A stretch of 64,000 nt of DNA from Hyphomicrobiaceae bacterium (GTDB lineage: Bacteria; Pseudomonadota; Alphaproteobacteria; Rhizobiales; Hyphomicrobiaceae), in the NCBI GenBank assembly GCA_041397765.1, contig JAWKWA010000008.1:94726-158725 (forward strand). Reading direction: 5' to 3'. How positions within the stretch are numbered: the stretch's first letter is position 1; each line of letters opens with the position of its first letter. This document shows positions 9,453-18,956 of this stretch, piece by piece. The translations under genes and the position numbers were made by a program. The notes below the pieces were generated by a model. The model was not told the origin of the DNA and did not search any database. It saw only the letters and a list, made by a program, of their open reading frames with translations.

Positions 9453-10235
9453 ATGAGGAGGACTTCCATGGAGAACTTTTCCGACCTGACCGGCAAGACC
9501 ATCCTCGTCACGGGCGGCTCGCGTGGTATCGGCGAGGGCATCGTCCGCGGCCTCGTCAGGCAGGGCGCCCATGTCGTGCTCAACTATTCGACGAGCGGCA
9601 AGAGCGCCGAGGCGATCGCCGACGAGCTCGGCCGCGATCGTTGTCTTCCCGTCCATGCCGATCTGGCGAAGCTCGAGGATGTCGAGCGCTTGTGGAAGGA
9701 CGCCGTCGCCTGGCGCGGCCGCATCGACGTTCTCGTCAACAACGCCGCCGTCAGGAAGCCGATTGCCATCGACGCGCCGGCCGAGGCCTGGGACGAGCAT
9801 TGGATGACCGCCTTCCGCATCAATCTGCTGGCGACCGCGCATCTGTGTCGCCTCGCCATCGGCCATTATCGCCAGACGGGTGGCGGCTCGATCATCGGCA
9901 TCACGGCACGCATCGCGGTGCGCGGCGATCGCACCAACTTCTTCCACGATGGTGCCATGAAGGGCGGCATGAACTCGCTGCTCCGCGGCATCGCGCGTTT
10001 CCATGCCAAGGAGAACATCGACACCTATCTCGTTTGCGTCGGCGTGGTCGAGACCGAGCAGGCGCGCGACATGGTCGACATCTACGGCCGGGACGAGATG
10101 CTGCGCGAGATCCCGGCCGGCCGCTTCGGCACGCCCGCCGAGGTCGCCGATACGGTGGTGCTGTGCGCCGGCGGACGCATGAAATACGCGACCGGCTGCA
10201 CCATCGATCTCGTCGGCGCGTCCTTTCTGCATTGA
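9453..10235 (+). CDS. short-chain dehydrogenase/reductase (SDR)
   Basis: Rossmann motif TGGSRGIGEGI with NNAA, and a YxxxK region. RBS gaggagga 8 nt upstream. Confidence 0.85.
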   Translation: MRRTSMENFSDLTGKTILVTGGSRGIGEGIVRGLVRQGAHVVLNYSTSGKSAEAIADELGRDRCLPVHADLAKLEDVERLWKDAVAWRGRIDVLVNNAAVRKPIAIDAPAEAWDEHWMTAFRINLLATAHLCRLAIGHYRQTGGGSIIGITARIAVRGDRTNFFHDGAMKGGMNSLLRGIARFHAKENIDTYLVCVGVVETEQARDMVDIYGRDEMLREIPAGRFGTPAEVADTVVLCAGGRMKYATGCTIDLVGASFLH

Positions 10236-10267
10236 GCTGGCCGCGATTCTTGAGGGAGAACGGGAAC

Positions 10268-12526
10268 GTGACCAGTATCGGCAGATCGATCAAGCGCTTC
10301 GAGGACGAGCGACTGCTGCGCGGCGAGGGCCGGTTCGTCGAGTCGCTGATCCCCGGCGGCGCGCTCGAGGCGATGTTTCTCCGCTCGCCCTTCGCTCATG
10401 CCCGCATCGCACGGATCGACTGCACCGCCGCGCGCGCCATGCCCGGCGTGGTCGGGGTGCTGACGGGCCGCGATCTCGTCGACGCCGGTGCCGGGCCGCT
10501 GAAATGCCGCCGCACCATCCCGAGCATCGACGGCACCCCGTTCCACGAGCCGGTCCGCCATGCGCTCGCCCTCGAGACTGTGCGCTTCGTCGGCGAGGCG
10601 GTGGCCCTTGTCATCGCCGAAAGTCGCGCGGCGGCACTCGATGCCCTCGACATGATCGAGGTGGACTACGACCCGCTGCCGCTCGTGGTCGATCCGCTGA
10701 AATCGACCGAGATCGCCTTCACATGGGCGCAAGGCGACCGTGACGCCACCGACGCCGTCTTCCGCACGGCGCCGCTCGTCACCAGCTTTTCCGGCACCAG
10801 CTCGCGCATGGCCGCCGTGCCGATCGAGCCGCGCTCGGCCATCGCCGAATACGATCCGGTGGCGGCACGCTATCGCCTGGTGACGCAGAGCCAGGGTGTG
10901 CACCTGTTGCGCGCCGCCTACGCGTCCTCGCTCGGCATCGCTCCCGAGGCACTGCATCTGCAGACATTCGATGTCGGCGGCAGCTTCGGCATGAAGCTGA
11001 TCCCGCATCCAGAGCCGATCGCGCTGCTGACGGCTGCAAGGCTCGTCGGCCGCACCCTGGCCTGGGTCTCGACGCGCTCGGAGGCCTTCCTTTCGGACAA
11101 CTACGCGCGCGACCAGACCGCGACCGCCGAGCTGGCGATGGATCGCGACGGCACCTTCCTTGCACTCAGGATCTCCAGCACCGGCAACATGGGAGCCTAT
11201 GCCTCCTCATCGGCCCCGGGCGTGATGGCGATCCACTTCGCCCGCACCGTCGGTCATGTCTACCGCATCCCCGTCCATCACGTTCATGTCACCTCGGTCT
11301 ACACCAATATGACGCCGACGGATGTCTTCCGTGGCGCCGGAAAGCCGGAATCGACGGTGCTGGTCGAGCGTCTCATCGACCGTGCCGCGTGCAGGCACGG
11401 CTTCGATCGCCTCGATCTCAGACGCCGCAATCTCGTGACGCCCGCCGACATGCCGCGCCGCACGCTGTCGGGCCACATGATCGACGGCGGCGACTTCCCG
11501 CGGACGCTCGATCATGCGCTGGTGAGGGCAGATTGGCGCGGCTTCGAGGCGAGGCGCGCCGAGACGCTGTCACGCGGCCGGCTGCGCGGCATCGGCGTCG
11601 GTCTCTACATGCACGTCACCAGCCACCCCGTCGTCGAGGAATGTCGCGTCCGCCTCCTCGGCGATGGCACATTCGAGGCGACGATGGGTGCGCAAGGGAT
11701 CGGCCAGGGGCACGAGACCACATTTTCCCAGCTACTCGGCGACACGCTGAAGGTCGAGCCGGACGCCATCCGCATCGTCCAGGGCGACAGCGCCGTGCTT
11801 CCCCCCGTCGGCGCCGCGACCGGTGGCTCGGGCTCGATCCAGGTTACGGGCCTCACACTTCTGAAGGCGGCACGCCTTCTCATCGATCGGCTGCGACCCG
11901 AGGCCGCCGAGATGCTCGAGGCCTCGCCCGCCGATCTCGAGCATGCGACCGGCGGTTTCCGCATCAAGGGCACCGATCGCGCCGTCGGCTTCGCAGCCAT
12001 CGCCGGCCGCATGGACGACGACGCGCGCGAGGACTGCGCGGGCGATGCGCATTTCGAGGGCGATGCCGCCACCTGCCCGAACGGTGCCTACATCGCCGAG
12101 GTCGAGGTCGATCCGGCGACCGGCGAGGTCGAGATCCTGCGCTTCTCCGGCGCCGACGATGTCGGCCGGCGGCTCAACCCGATGATCGTCGATGGCCAGC
12201 TCCATGGCGGCATCGCCCAGGGTATCGGCCAGGCCATGCTCGAGCGCGTCGTCTACGACGAGGAGAGCGGACAGCTCCTCTCCGGCAGCCTCATGGACTA
12301 CGCGCTGCCGCTCGCCAGCGACTTGCCGAGCTTCGAGCTGGTCGCAGCCGATTGCCCCTCCTCGCAGAACGAGCTCGGCATGAAGGGCGCCGGCGAGTGC
12401 GGCACGATCGGCGCGCCCGGCGCGCTTCTCAACGCCATAGCCGACGCGATCGGCACCGACGAGTTCGACATGCCGGCGACGACCGAGCGGGTCTGGCGCG
12501 CGATACGCCTGAAACGGGGAGACTGA
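10268..12526 (+). CDS. molybdopterin-dependent hydroxylase large subunit (xanthine dehydrogenase/CoxL family, form II-like) without adjacent Fe-S or FAD subunits
   Basis: GTG start 10268 within track ORF 9641..12526. N-terminus SIGRSIKRFEDERLLRGEGRFVESL is a classic XDH/CoxL large-subunit start. VFRGAGKPE motif present. About 752 aa. Confidence 0.8.
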   Translation: MTSIGRSIKRFEDERLLRGEGRFVESLIPGGALEAMFLRSPFAHARIARIDCTAARAMPGVVGVLTGRDLVDAGAGPLKCRRTIPSIDGTPFHEPVRHALALETVRFVGEAVALVIAESRAAALDALDMIEVDYDPLPLVVDPLKSTEIAFTWAQGDRDATDAVFRTAPLVTSFSGTSSRMAAVPIEPRSAIAEYDPVAARYRLVTQSQGVHLLRAAYASSLGIAPEALHLQTFDVGGSFGMKLIPHPEPIALLTAARLVGRTLAWVSTRSEAFLSDNYARDQTATAELAMDRDGTFLALRISSTGNMGAYASSSAPGVMAIHFARTVGHVYRIPVHHVHVTSVYTNMTPTDVFRGAGKPESTVLVERLIDRAACRHGFDRLDLRRRNLVTPADMPRRTLSGHMIDGGDFPRTLDHALVRADWRGFEARRAETLSRGRLRGIGVGLYMHVTSHPVVEECRVRLLGDGTFEATMGAQGIGQGHETTFSQLLGDTLKVEPDAIRIVQGDSAVLPPVGAATGGSGSIQVTGLTLLKAARLLIDRLRPEAAEMLEASPADLEHATGGFRIKGTDRAVGFAAIAGRMDDDAREDCAGDAHFEGDAATCPNGAYIAEVEVDPATGEVEILRFSGADDVGRRLNPMIVDGQLHGGIAQGIGQAMLERVVYDEESGQLLSGSLMDYALPLASDLPSFELVAADCPSSQNELGMKGAGECGTIGAPGALLNAIADAIGTDEFDMPATTERVWRAIRLKRGD

Positions 12527-12528
12527 GC

Positions 12529-14892
12529 ATGGCCGACGAGCTTCCGCGCAACGCCGATGTGGTCGTGATCGGTGGTGGCATTGCCGGGTTGATGGCGCTC
12601 TACAATCTGGCGCGGCTCGGTGTCACCGACACGGTACTGGTCGAGCGACGCCAGCTCGCCTGCGGCACGACATGGCATTCCGTCGGCAGCGTCGGCCAGG
12701 TGCGCGGCTCGCGCCTCTTGACCGTGCTGTCCGGTGCGACAGCCGCGCTCTTGCCCGAGATCGAGCGCGAGACCGGCATGTCGACCGGCTACAAGCGCTA
12801 CGGCTCGATCGGCCTCGCATTGACCGAGGAGCGGCTGGAGGAGTTCCGCCGCACCGTTTCGTCGGCCTCGGCATGGGGGCACGAGGCGGCGATCCTCTCG
12901 CCCGGCGAGATCAAGGAGCGCTATCCCGCCGTCGAAGTCGACGACGTCAAGGGCGGTCTCTTTCTTCCAGGCGACGGCCGCACCAATCCGATCGATACGG
13001 TCCAGGCGCTCGCCAGGGCCTGCCGCCAGCGCGGCGCGCGCATCTTCGAGGAGACGCGCGTCGACGACATCGTGGTGGAGGATGGGCTCGTTCGGGGTGT
13101 TCGCACCTCGCGGGGCGACATCCTGGCCGAAAAGGTGCTGCTCTGTGCCGGCATGTGGAGCCGCGACATCGCCGAGCGCATCGGCGTCACCATTCCGCTG
13201 CTCGCCGCCGAGCATTTCTACGCCGTCACCGAGCCGATCGAGGGGCTCGCGCGCGACACGCCCATGGTACGTGTTCCCGACGAGCGCACCTACTACAAGG
13301 AGGATGCCGGCAAGCTGCTGTTCGGTTGCCTCGAGGAGGTCGCCAAGCCCTGGGGCATGGCCGGCATTCCCGAGAGCTTCTGCTTCGATAGCCTGCCGCC
13401 CGACCTCGATCATTTCGCACCGATCCTCGAGACTGCCATGGAACGCATGCCGCTCCTGAAGGAGGTTGGCATCAAGCTGTTCTTCAACGGTCCCGAGAGC
13501 TTCACGCCGGACGGCAACTTCCACATCGGCGAGACCGCCGAGGTGCGCAATCTCTTCGTCTCGTGCGGTTTCAATACCATCGGCGTCATGGCCTCGGGCG
13601 GCATCGGCCGCATGGCCGCCGAGCTGATCGTCGACGGCCGCGCCAGCGTCGATATGACCGGCACCGATGTTCGGCGCGCCGCGCGCTTCGAGACGAACGT
13701 CTCCTACCTCACCGAGCGGATCACCGAGGGCCTCGGCAAGCTCTACGGCCTGCAATGTCCCGACCAGACCTATACCTCCGCGCGCGGCGTCCGGCGCAGC
13801 CCGCTGCACGCCGATCACATTGCCGCCGGTGCGGTGATGGAGCATGTCGCCGGTTTCGAGCGGCCGGCCCTGTTCGCCCCGGCCGGGGCCGCCGCCCTCC
13901 ACGTGCCGACCTATTTCCGCCCGGCCTCGCACGACTGGGTGGCGGCTGAACAGCCCGCCGCACGCGAGAGGCCGCCGCCGTCTTCGACCAGTCGGCCCTC
14001 GCGAAGCTGACGCTGGCCGGCCGCGATGCCGCCGCTGCCCTGGCTGAAATCGTGACCCGCATGCCGGAGCACGGCGCGCCGTCCGTTCGCAGCCTGATCC
14101 TCGATGGCGCCGGTTGTCGAGGCGATCGTCCAGGTCGTCCGCATTCCTGGCCGAATACCCTTCGTCATCGGCGCCCCCGGTGACGAGCGCCGGCTCCTCG
14201 CGCTTCTGTCGCGCCGTCTGCCGGAGGGGCTGCACGCCGTCGTTCTCGACGCCACCGCCGGTTATTGCCTCCTCGACATCTTCGGTCCCGACCGCTCCGA
14301 TGCCTTGCGGCGCGCCGGTCGCCGGCCCCGTGCGGGTGATGCGGACATGGCACCGCAGCTCGACCTTGGCCTCGGCCTGACGCGCGCCGTCGAGGGCGGC
14401 GAGCATGGCCTCGACGTCACGCGCCTGATCGTCGCCTCCGACATGGCCGCGCACATCTACGAGGCCGTGACGGCGGCCGCGGTCCGCCCGATCGGCAGCC
14501 ATGCCTTCCATGCGCTCCGTCTCGAGGCAGGCCGTCCCGCCTGGGGCTCGGAGATCGACCAGACGACCATGCCGGCCGACGCCGGGCTCTCCGAGGCCGC
14601 CGGCCTCAACCGCGCCGCCGATGCGGTGCCCGCGCTCTGCCGCATCGTGCTCGAGCGCGCCGACGAGCGCCTGATCGGTCGCGAGCCGATCCGCCGCGAC
14701 GGCGAGGTCATTGGCTCGGTGGTCTCCGGCGCCTTCGGCCATGGGATCGGCCGGCCCGTCGGCTTCGCCTTCGTCGCATCGGCCGCCGACCGGCCGCGTC
14801 CCGGCGCCGAGGACATCGCCGTCGATGTCGAGATCGCTGGCCGGCCGGGCCGTGCACGCCTCATGGCCCTGCCCGGCGAGGAGATGGCCTGA
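12529..14892 (+). pseudogene. dimethylglycine/sarcosine dehydrogenase-like FAD oxidoreductase fused to a GcvT folate-binding domain, interrupted by two compensating frame shifts (about 13967 and about 14100)
   Basis: Frame 1 from 12529 gives DVVVIGGGIAGL...HDWVAAEQPAARE. Frame 0 (13950-14100) gives AAAVFDQSALAKLTLAGRDAAAALAEIVTRMP...LILDGAG. Frame 1 again (14104-14892) gives VVEAIVQVVRIPGR...LRLEAGRP...GREPIRRDGEVIGSVVSG. All three pieces align colinearly to DMGDH (FAD domain then GcvT domain). The frame-1 reading hits TGA at 14008. Confidence 0.6.
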
Positions 14893-15070
14893 AGGCTGAA
14901 GGGAGGACTCCTCTCGCGCAAGACCTCGTCGTCCGATGTCGCGCCGGTGATGGACGCGACCACCCGTCGCTTTCGGACGGGCGCGAAGGCCCGAGGACGC
15001 GATATCGAGGTGCTGACGGCGCCAGTGCCGACGCCGCCACGCCCCCCGCCCGCGGTGACAGGGACCGACC

Positions 15071-15553
15071 ATGACCGAGCAGCCGCAGCGACCTTCGAGA
15101 TTTGCAGGGATCTCCAACCGGCGCCGTGCCGTCTATGCCTTTCTCGCATCCATCCTGATCGGCCCGCCCATTGGCGGCATCTCTGTGATGCTCGGGCTCG
15201 CCCTGGCGTCCCTCGTCTCCGGCGATGCCAATTCCGGCGAGAGCGCCCTCGGCTTTCTCGCCGCGATCCCTGTCGTCGCCATCTTCTCCTACATCGCCGG
15301 CGGCCTTCAAGCGTTGGTCTGCGGCCTCATTCTCGCCATCCCGGTCGCCCGCACGGGCCATGTCGGGCTTGGCTTGACCGCCGGCGTCGCCGGCTTCGTC
15401 GGCATGTTGCGTGGCGGCGCCGTCTTGTTCGCCGGCGAGACCATCGTCCCGGCCGGGTTGCTCTTCGTCGCGCCCGCTCTGGTATCGGCCATCGGCTGCC
15501 GCGCTTTCCTGCTCTGGCTCGGCATCCTGCGGCGCCAGCCCCGGCGGGAGTGA
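15071..15553 (+). CDS. hypothetical small integral membrane protein (4 predicted TM helices)
   Basis: 160 aa ORF with hydrophobic stretches (ILIGPPIGGISVMLGLALASLV..., AAIPVVAIFSYIAGGLQALVCGLILAI...). Weak RBS aggga. No recognisable family. Confidence 0.4.
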   Translation: MTEQPQRPSRFAGISNRRRAVYAFLASILIGPPIGGISVMLGLALASLVSGDANSGESALGFLAAIPVVAIFSYIAGGLQALVCGLILAIPVARTGHVGLGLTAGVAGFVGMLRGGAVLFAGETIVPAGLLFVAPALVSAIGCRAFLLWLGILRRQPRRE

Positions 15554-15634
15554 CGGCAGCCGGGCGGGTGGCAGCGACCGGCCAAATCAGCTAGACAGGG
15601 CGGGAACAAATCCGAAACGCTGCCGGGGCCGCGC

Positions 15635-16681
15635 ATGACCGACCGCCTCTTGTCCGCCAAGCGCAAGGAGGACGACGCCGTCGAGGCGTCGATCCGGCCC
15701 CAGTCGCTGTCGGACTTCACCGGCCAGCAGCAGGCCCGCGCCAATCTCCGCGTCTTTATCGAGGCCGCCAAGGGCCGCGGCGACGCGCTCGACCATGTGC
15801 TGTTCGCCGGCCCCCCGGGCCTCGGCAAGACGACGCTCGCCCAGATCATGGCACGCGAGCTGGGCGTCGGCTTCCGCATGACGTCGGGGCCCGTCATCGC
15901 CAAGGCCGGTGATCTCGCGGCCCTTCTCACCAATCTCGAGGAGCGCGACGTCCTCTTCATCGACGAGATCCACCGCCTCAACCCGGCGGTCGAGGAGATC
16001 CTCTATCCCGCCATGGAGGACTTCCAGCTCGACCTCATCATCGGCGAGGGGCCGGCCGCCCGCTCGGTCCGCATCGATCTGGCGAAGTTCACCCTCGTCG
16101 GCGCCACCACCCGCGCAGGTCTTTTGACGACGCCGTTGCGCGACCGCTTCGGCATCCCGATCCGGCTCAATTTCTACACCGTCGAGGAGCTCGAGCTGAT
16201 CGTCGCGCGCGGCGCCCGCGTGCTCGGCTGCGCCATGAGCCCCGACGGTGCCCGCGAGATCGCCCGCCGCTCGCGTGGCACGCCGCGCATCGCCGGCCGT
16301 CTGCTGCGCCGGGTCCGCGACTTCGCCGCCGTCGGCGGTGCCGCCGTGATCGACGCCCGCGTCGCCGACGAGGCGCTGCGCCAGCTCGAGGTCGACGGCG
16401 AGGGGCTCGACTCCCTCGACCACCGCTATCTGCGCTGCATCGCCGTCAACTACGAGGGCGGCCCGGTCGGCATCGAGACCATCGCCGCGGCCCTTTCGGA
16501 GCCGCGCGACGCGCTGGAGGAGATCGTCGAGCCCTATCTGCTGCAGCAGGGCTTCATCGGCCGCACCCCGCGCGGCCGCGTCGTCACCATGAAGGCCTAC
16601 CGCCATCTCGGCCTCGCCAGTCCCGCCCGCCGCCCCGATCAGGCCGGCCTCTTCGACGGCGGCGACGGCGGGGAGGGATGA
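15635..16681 (+). CDS. ruvB: Holliday junction branch migration helicase RuvB
   Basis: 348 aa. Walker [12 protein letters not shown] and DEIHRL are typical RuvB. Confidence 0.95.
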   Translation: MTDRLLSAKRKEDDAVEASIRPQSLSDFTGQQQARANLRVFIEAAKGRGDALDHVLFAGPPGLGKTTLAQIMARELGVGFRMTSGPVIAKAGDLAALLTNLEERDVLFIDEIHRLNPAVEEILYPAMEDFQLDLIIGEGPAARSVRIDLAKFTLVGATTRAGLLTTPLRDRFGIPIRLNFYTVEELELIVARGARVLGCAMSPDGAREIARRSRGTPRIAGRLLRRVRDFAAVGGAAVIDARVADEALRQLEVDGEGLDSLDHRYLRCIAVNYEGGPVGIETIAAALSEPRDALEEIVEPYLLQQGFIGRTPRGRVVTMKAYRHLGLASPARRPDQAGLFDGGDGGEG

Positions 16682-16703
16682 GGCGGCCGGCGCCGCCCAT
16701 CGT

Positions 16704-17010
16704 TCAAGGGGCGAGCCAGATCTCGACCTCTGTGCCGTTGGCCCTCAGGCGTCCCGTCTTCATGAAGCCGTGGCGCAGATAGAACTGCTCGGGACCATGC
16801 GCGCCGGGATTGCCGTCATGCCCGCGAAGGCGGGCACCCGGACCCAGCCGATCATGCGCGGCGACAAGGGCCTTCTGGATTCCCGCCTCCGCGGGAACGA
16901 CGGAGTGGCGGAGGTGAGCGGCAGAAGCTTCACTCGCCATCACCCGGCATCGTCCCGGGGTCAACCGCTCGGCGTCCCCTCGCGATCGTCCCAACCCGGC
17001 ATCGGACCGG
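16704..17010. repeat. cluster of REP-type hairpins between convergent ruvB and lepA, overlying a probable GNAT gene remnant
   Basis: Hairpins atgcccgc-gaag-gcgggcac (about 16817-16840) and ttcccgc-ctcc-gcgggaa (about 16880-16898), plus direct repeats acccggcatcg x2. The minus-strand ORF 16704..16994 ends ...FYLRHGFMKTGRLRANGTEVEIWLAP (GNAT-like C-terminus), but its upstream part is repeat-derived (VVPAEAGIQ...LRGHDGN). Confidence 0.5.
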
Positions 17011-17040
17011 ACGACAGCCGCAGCATTTCCCGGCCACCCC

Positions 17041-18855
17041 TCAGTTCTCGTCCATCTTCAGCGCCGCGATGAACGCCTCCTGCGGGATCTCGACCTTGCC
17101 GAACTCGCGCATCTTCTTCTTGCCGGCCTTCTGCTTGTCGAGCAGCTTGCGCTTGCGGGTGATGTCGCCGCCATAGCACTTGGCGAGCACGTCCTTGCGG
17201 AGCGCCCGGATGGTCTCGCGCGCGATCACCTTGGCGCCGATCGCTGCCTGCACCGGGATCTGGAAGAGGTGCGGCGGGATCAACTCCTTCAACTTCTCGC
17301 ACATCGAGCGGCCGCGCGCCTCGGCGCGGGAGCGGTGCACGATGATCGACAGCGCATCGACCGGCTCGGCATTGACGAGGATCGACATCTTGACGAGGTC
17401 GCCCTCCTCGTAGCCGATCACCTGATAGTCGAACGAGGCATAGCCCCGGCTCACCGACTTGAGGCGATCGTAGAAGTCGAACACCACCTCGTTGAGCGGC
17501 AGCTCGTAGACCACCATCGCCCGGCTGCCGGCATAGGTGAGGTCCTTCTGCCGGCCGCGCCGGTCCTGGCAGAGCTTGAGGACCGAGCCGAGATACTCGT
17601 CCGGAACGAGGATCGTCGCCTTGATCCACGGCTCCTCGATATGGTCGATCCTGACGACGTCGGGCATGTCGGCCGGATTGTGCATCTCGACCATGGAGCC
17701 GTCGTTCATGTGCAGGTGATAGATGACCGACGGCGCCGTGGTGATGAGATCGAGGTCGAACTCGCGCTCCAGTCGCTCGGTGATGATCTCCAGGTGCAGC
17801 AGCCCGAGAAAGCCGCAGCGGAAGCCGAAGCCGAGCGCCGCCGAGGTCTCCATCTCGTAGGAGAAGCTCGCATCGTTGAGGCGCAGCTTGCCGACCGCCT
17901 CGCGCAGATCCTCGAAATCGGCGGCATCGACCGGGAAGAGCCCGCAGAACACCACCGGCTGCACCGGCTTGAAGCCCGCGAGCGGCGCATCGCAGGGTGC
18001 CCGGTCCTCCGTCACCGTGTCGCCGACCCGCGCATCGGCGACCTGCTTGATGCCGGCGGTGAGGAACCCGACCTCGCCGGGCCTCAGCTCGCCGAGCATC
18101 TGCTGCTTGGGCCGGAAAACGCCGACCCGCTCGACCGGATGGGCAGCTCCCGTCGACCAGAACTTGATCTTCTGGCCCTTCTTCAGGATGCCGTCGACGA
18201 TCCGGACGAGCACGATGACGCCGAGATAGGCATCGTACCAGCTGTCGATCAGCAGCGCCTTCAAGGGCTTTGCCGGATCGCCCTTGGGCGGCGGCAGGCG
18301 CGTCACGATGGCCTCGAGCACGTCGGCGACATTGAGCCCGGTCTTTGCCGAGATCTCGACCGCGTCGGAGGCATCGAGCCCGATCACGTCCTCGATCTGC
18401 CGCTTGACCCGCTCCGGCTCGGCCGCCGGCAGGTCGATCTTGTTCAAGACCGGCACGATCTCGAGATTGTGCTCGAGCGCGGTATAGACATTGGCGAGCG
18501 TCTGCGCCTCGACGCCCTGGCTGGCGTCGACCACCAGGATCGCCCCCTCGCAAGCCGCCAGCGACCGCGAGACCTCGTAGGCGAAATCGACATGGCCGGG
18601 CGTGTCCATCAGGTTGAGCTGATAGACGAGGCCGTCCCGGGCCTTGTAGTCGAGGCGCACGGTCTGCGCCTTGATGGTGATGCCGCGCTCGCGCTCGATC
18701 TCCATGGAATCGAGGATCTGCTCCTTCATCTCCCGGTCGCTGACGTTGCCGCAGAGCTGGATCAGCCTGTCGGCGAGCGTCGATTTCCCGTGGTCGATGT
18801 GAGCGATGATGGAGAAATTGCGGATGCGCTCGATGGGCGTTGTCGCGTCGGTCAT
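17041..18855 (-). CDS. lepA: translation elongation factor 4 (LepA)
   Basis: [31 protein letters not shown]... GTPase motifs. Start taken at MTDATT (cat at 18853-18855) within track ORF 17041..18873. Confidence 0.95.
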   Translation of the reverse strand: MTDATTPIERIRNFSIIAHIDHGKSTLADRLIQLCGNVSDREMKEQILDSMEIERERGITIKAQTVRLDYKARDGLVYQLNLMDTPGHVDFAYEVSRSLAACEGAILVVDASQGVEAQTLANVYTALEHNLEIVPVLNKIDLPAAEPERVKRQIEDVIGLDASDAVEISAKTGLNVADVLEAIVTRLPPPKGDPAKPLKALLIDSWYDAYLGVIVLVRIVDGILKKGQKIKFWSTGAAHPVERVGVFRPKQQMLGELRPGEVGFLTAGIKQVADARVGDTVTEDRAPCDAPLAGFKPVQPVVFCGLFPVDAADFEDLREAVGKLRLNDASFSYEMETSAALGFGFRCGFLGLLHLEIITERLEREFDLDLITTAPSVIYHLHMNDGSMVEMHNPADMPDVVRIDHIEEPWIKATILVPDEYLGSVLKLCQDRRGRQKDLTYAGSRAMVVYELPLNEVVFDFYDRLKSVSRGYASFDYQVIGYEEGDLVKMSILVNAEPVDALSIIVHRSRAEARGRSMCEKLKELIPPHLFQIPVQAAIGAKVIARETIRALRKDVLAKCYGGDITRKRKLLDKQKAGKKKMREFGKVEIPQEAFIAALKMDEN

Positions 18856-18956
18856 GGCGCGGACTTCTAGCATTGCCCCATGCGCCGAGAAAGAGGCGTC
18901 GGAGACAAGGACGCGCCAATCGGCAGGCGTGCGCCCGCGGGCGGTCGGGCTGGGGC

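Noticed and set aside
12298-15117. 939-aa minus-strand ORF
   Set aside because: Antisense to the well-supported DMGDH-like gene. Composition is Gly/Ala/Arg/Asp-dominated junk.
14947-15594. 215-aa ORF overlapping the 15071..15553 membrane-protein ORF in another frame
   Set aside because: Arg/Pro-rich low-complexity translation. The alternative frame gives a coherent four-helix membrane protein.
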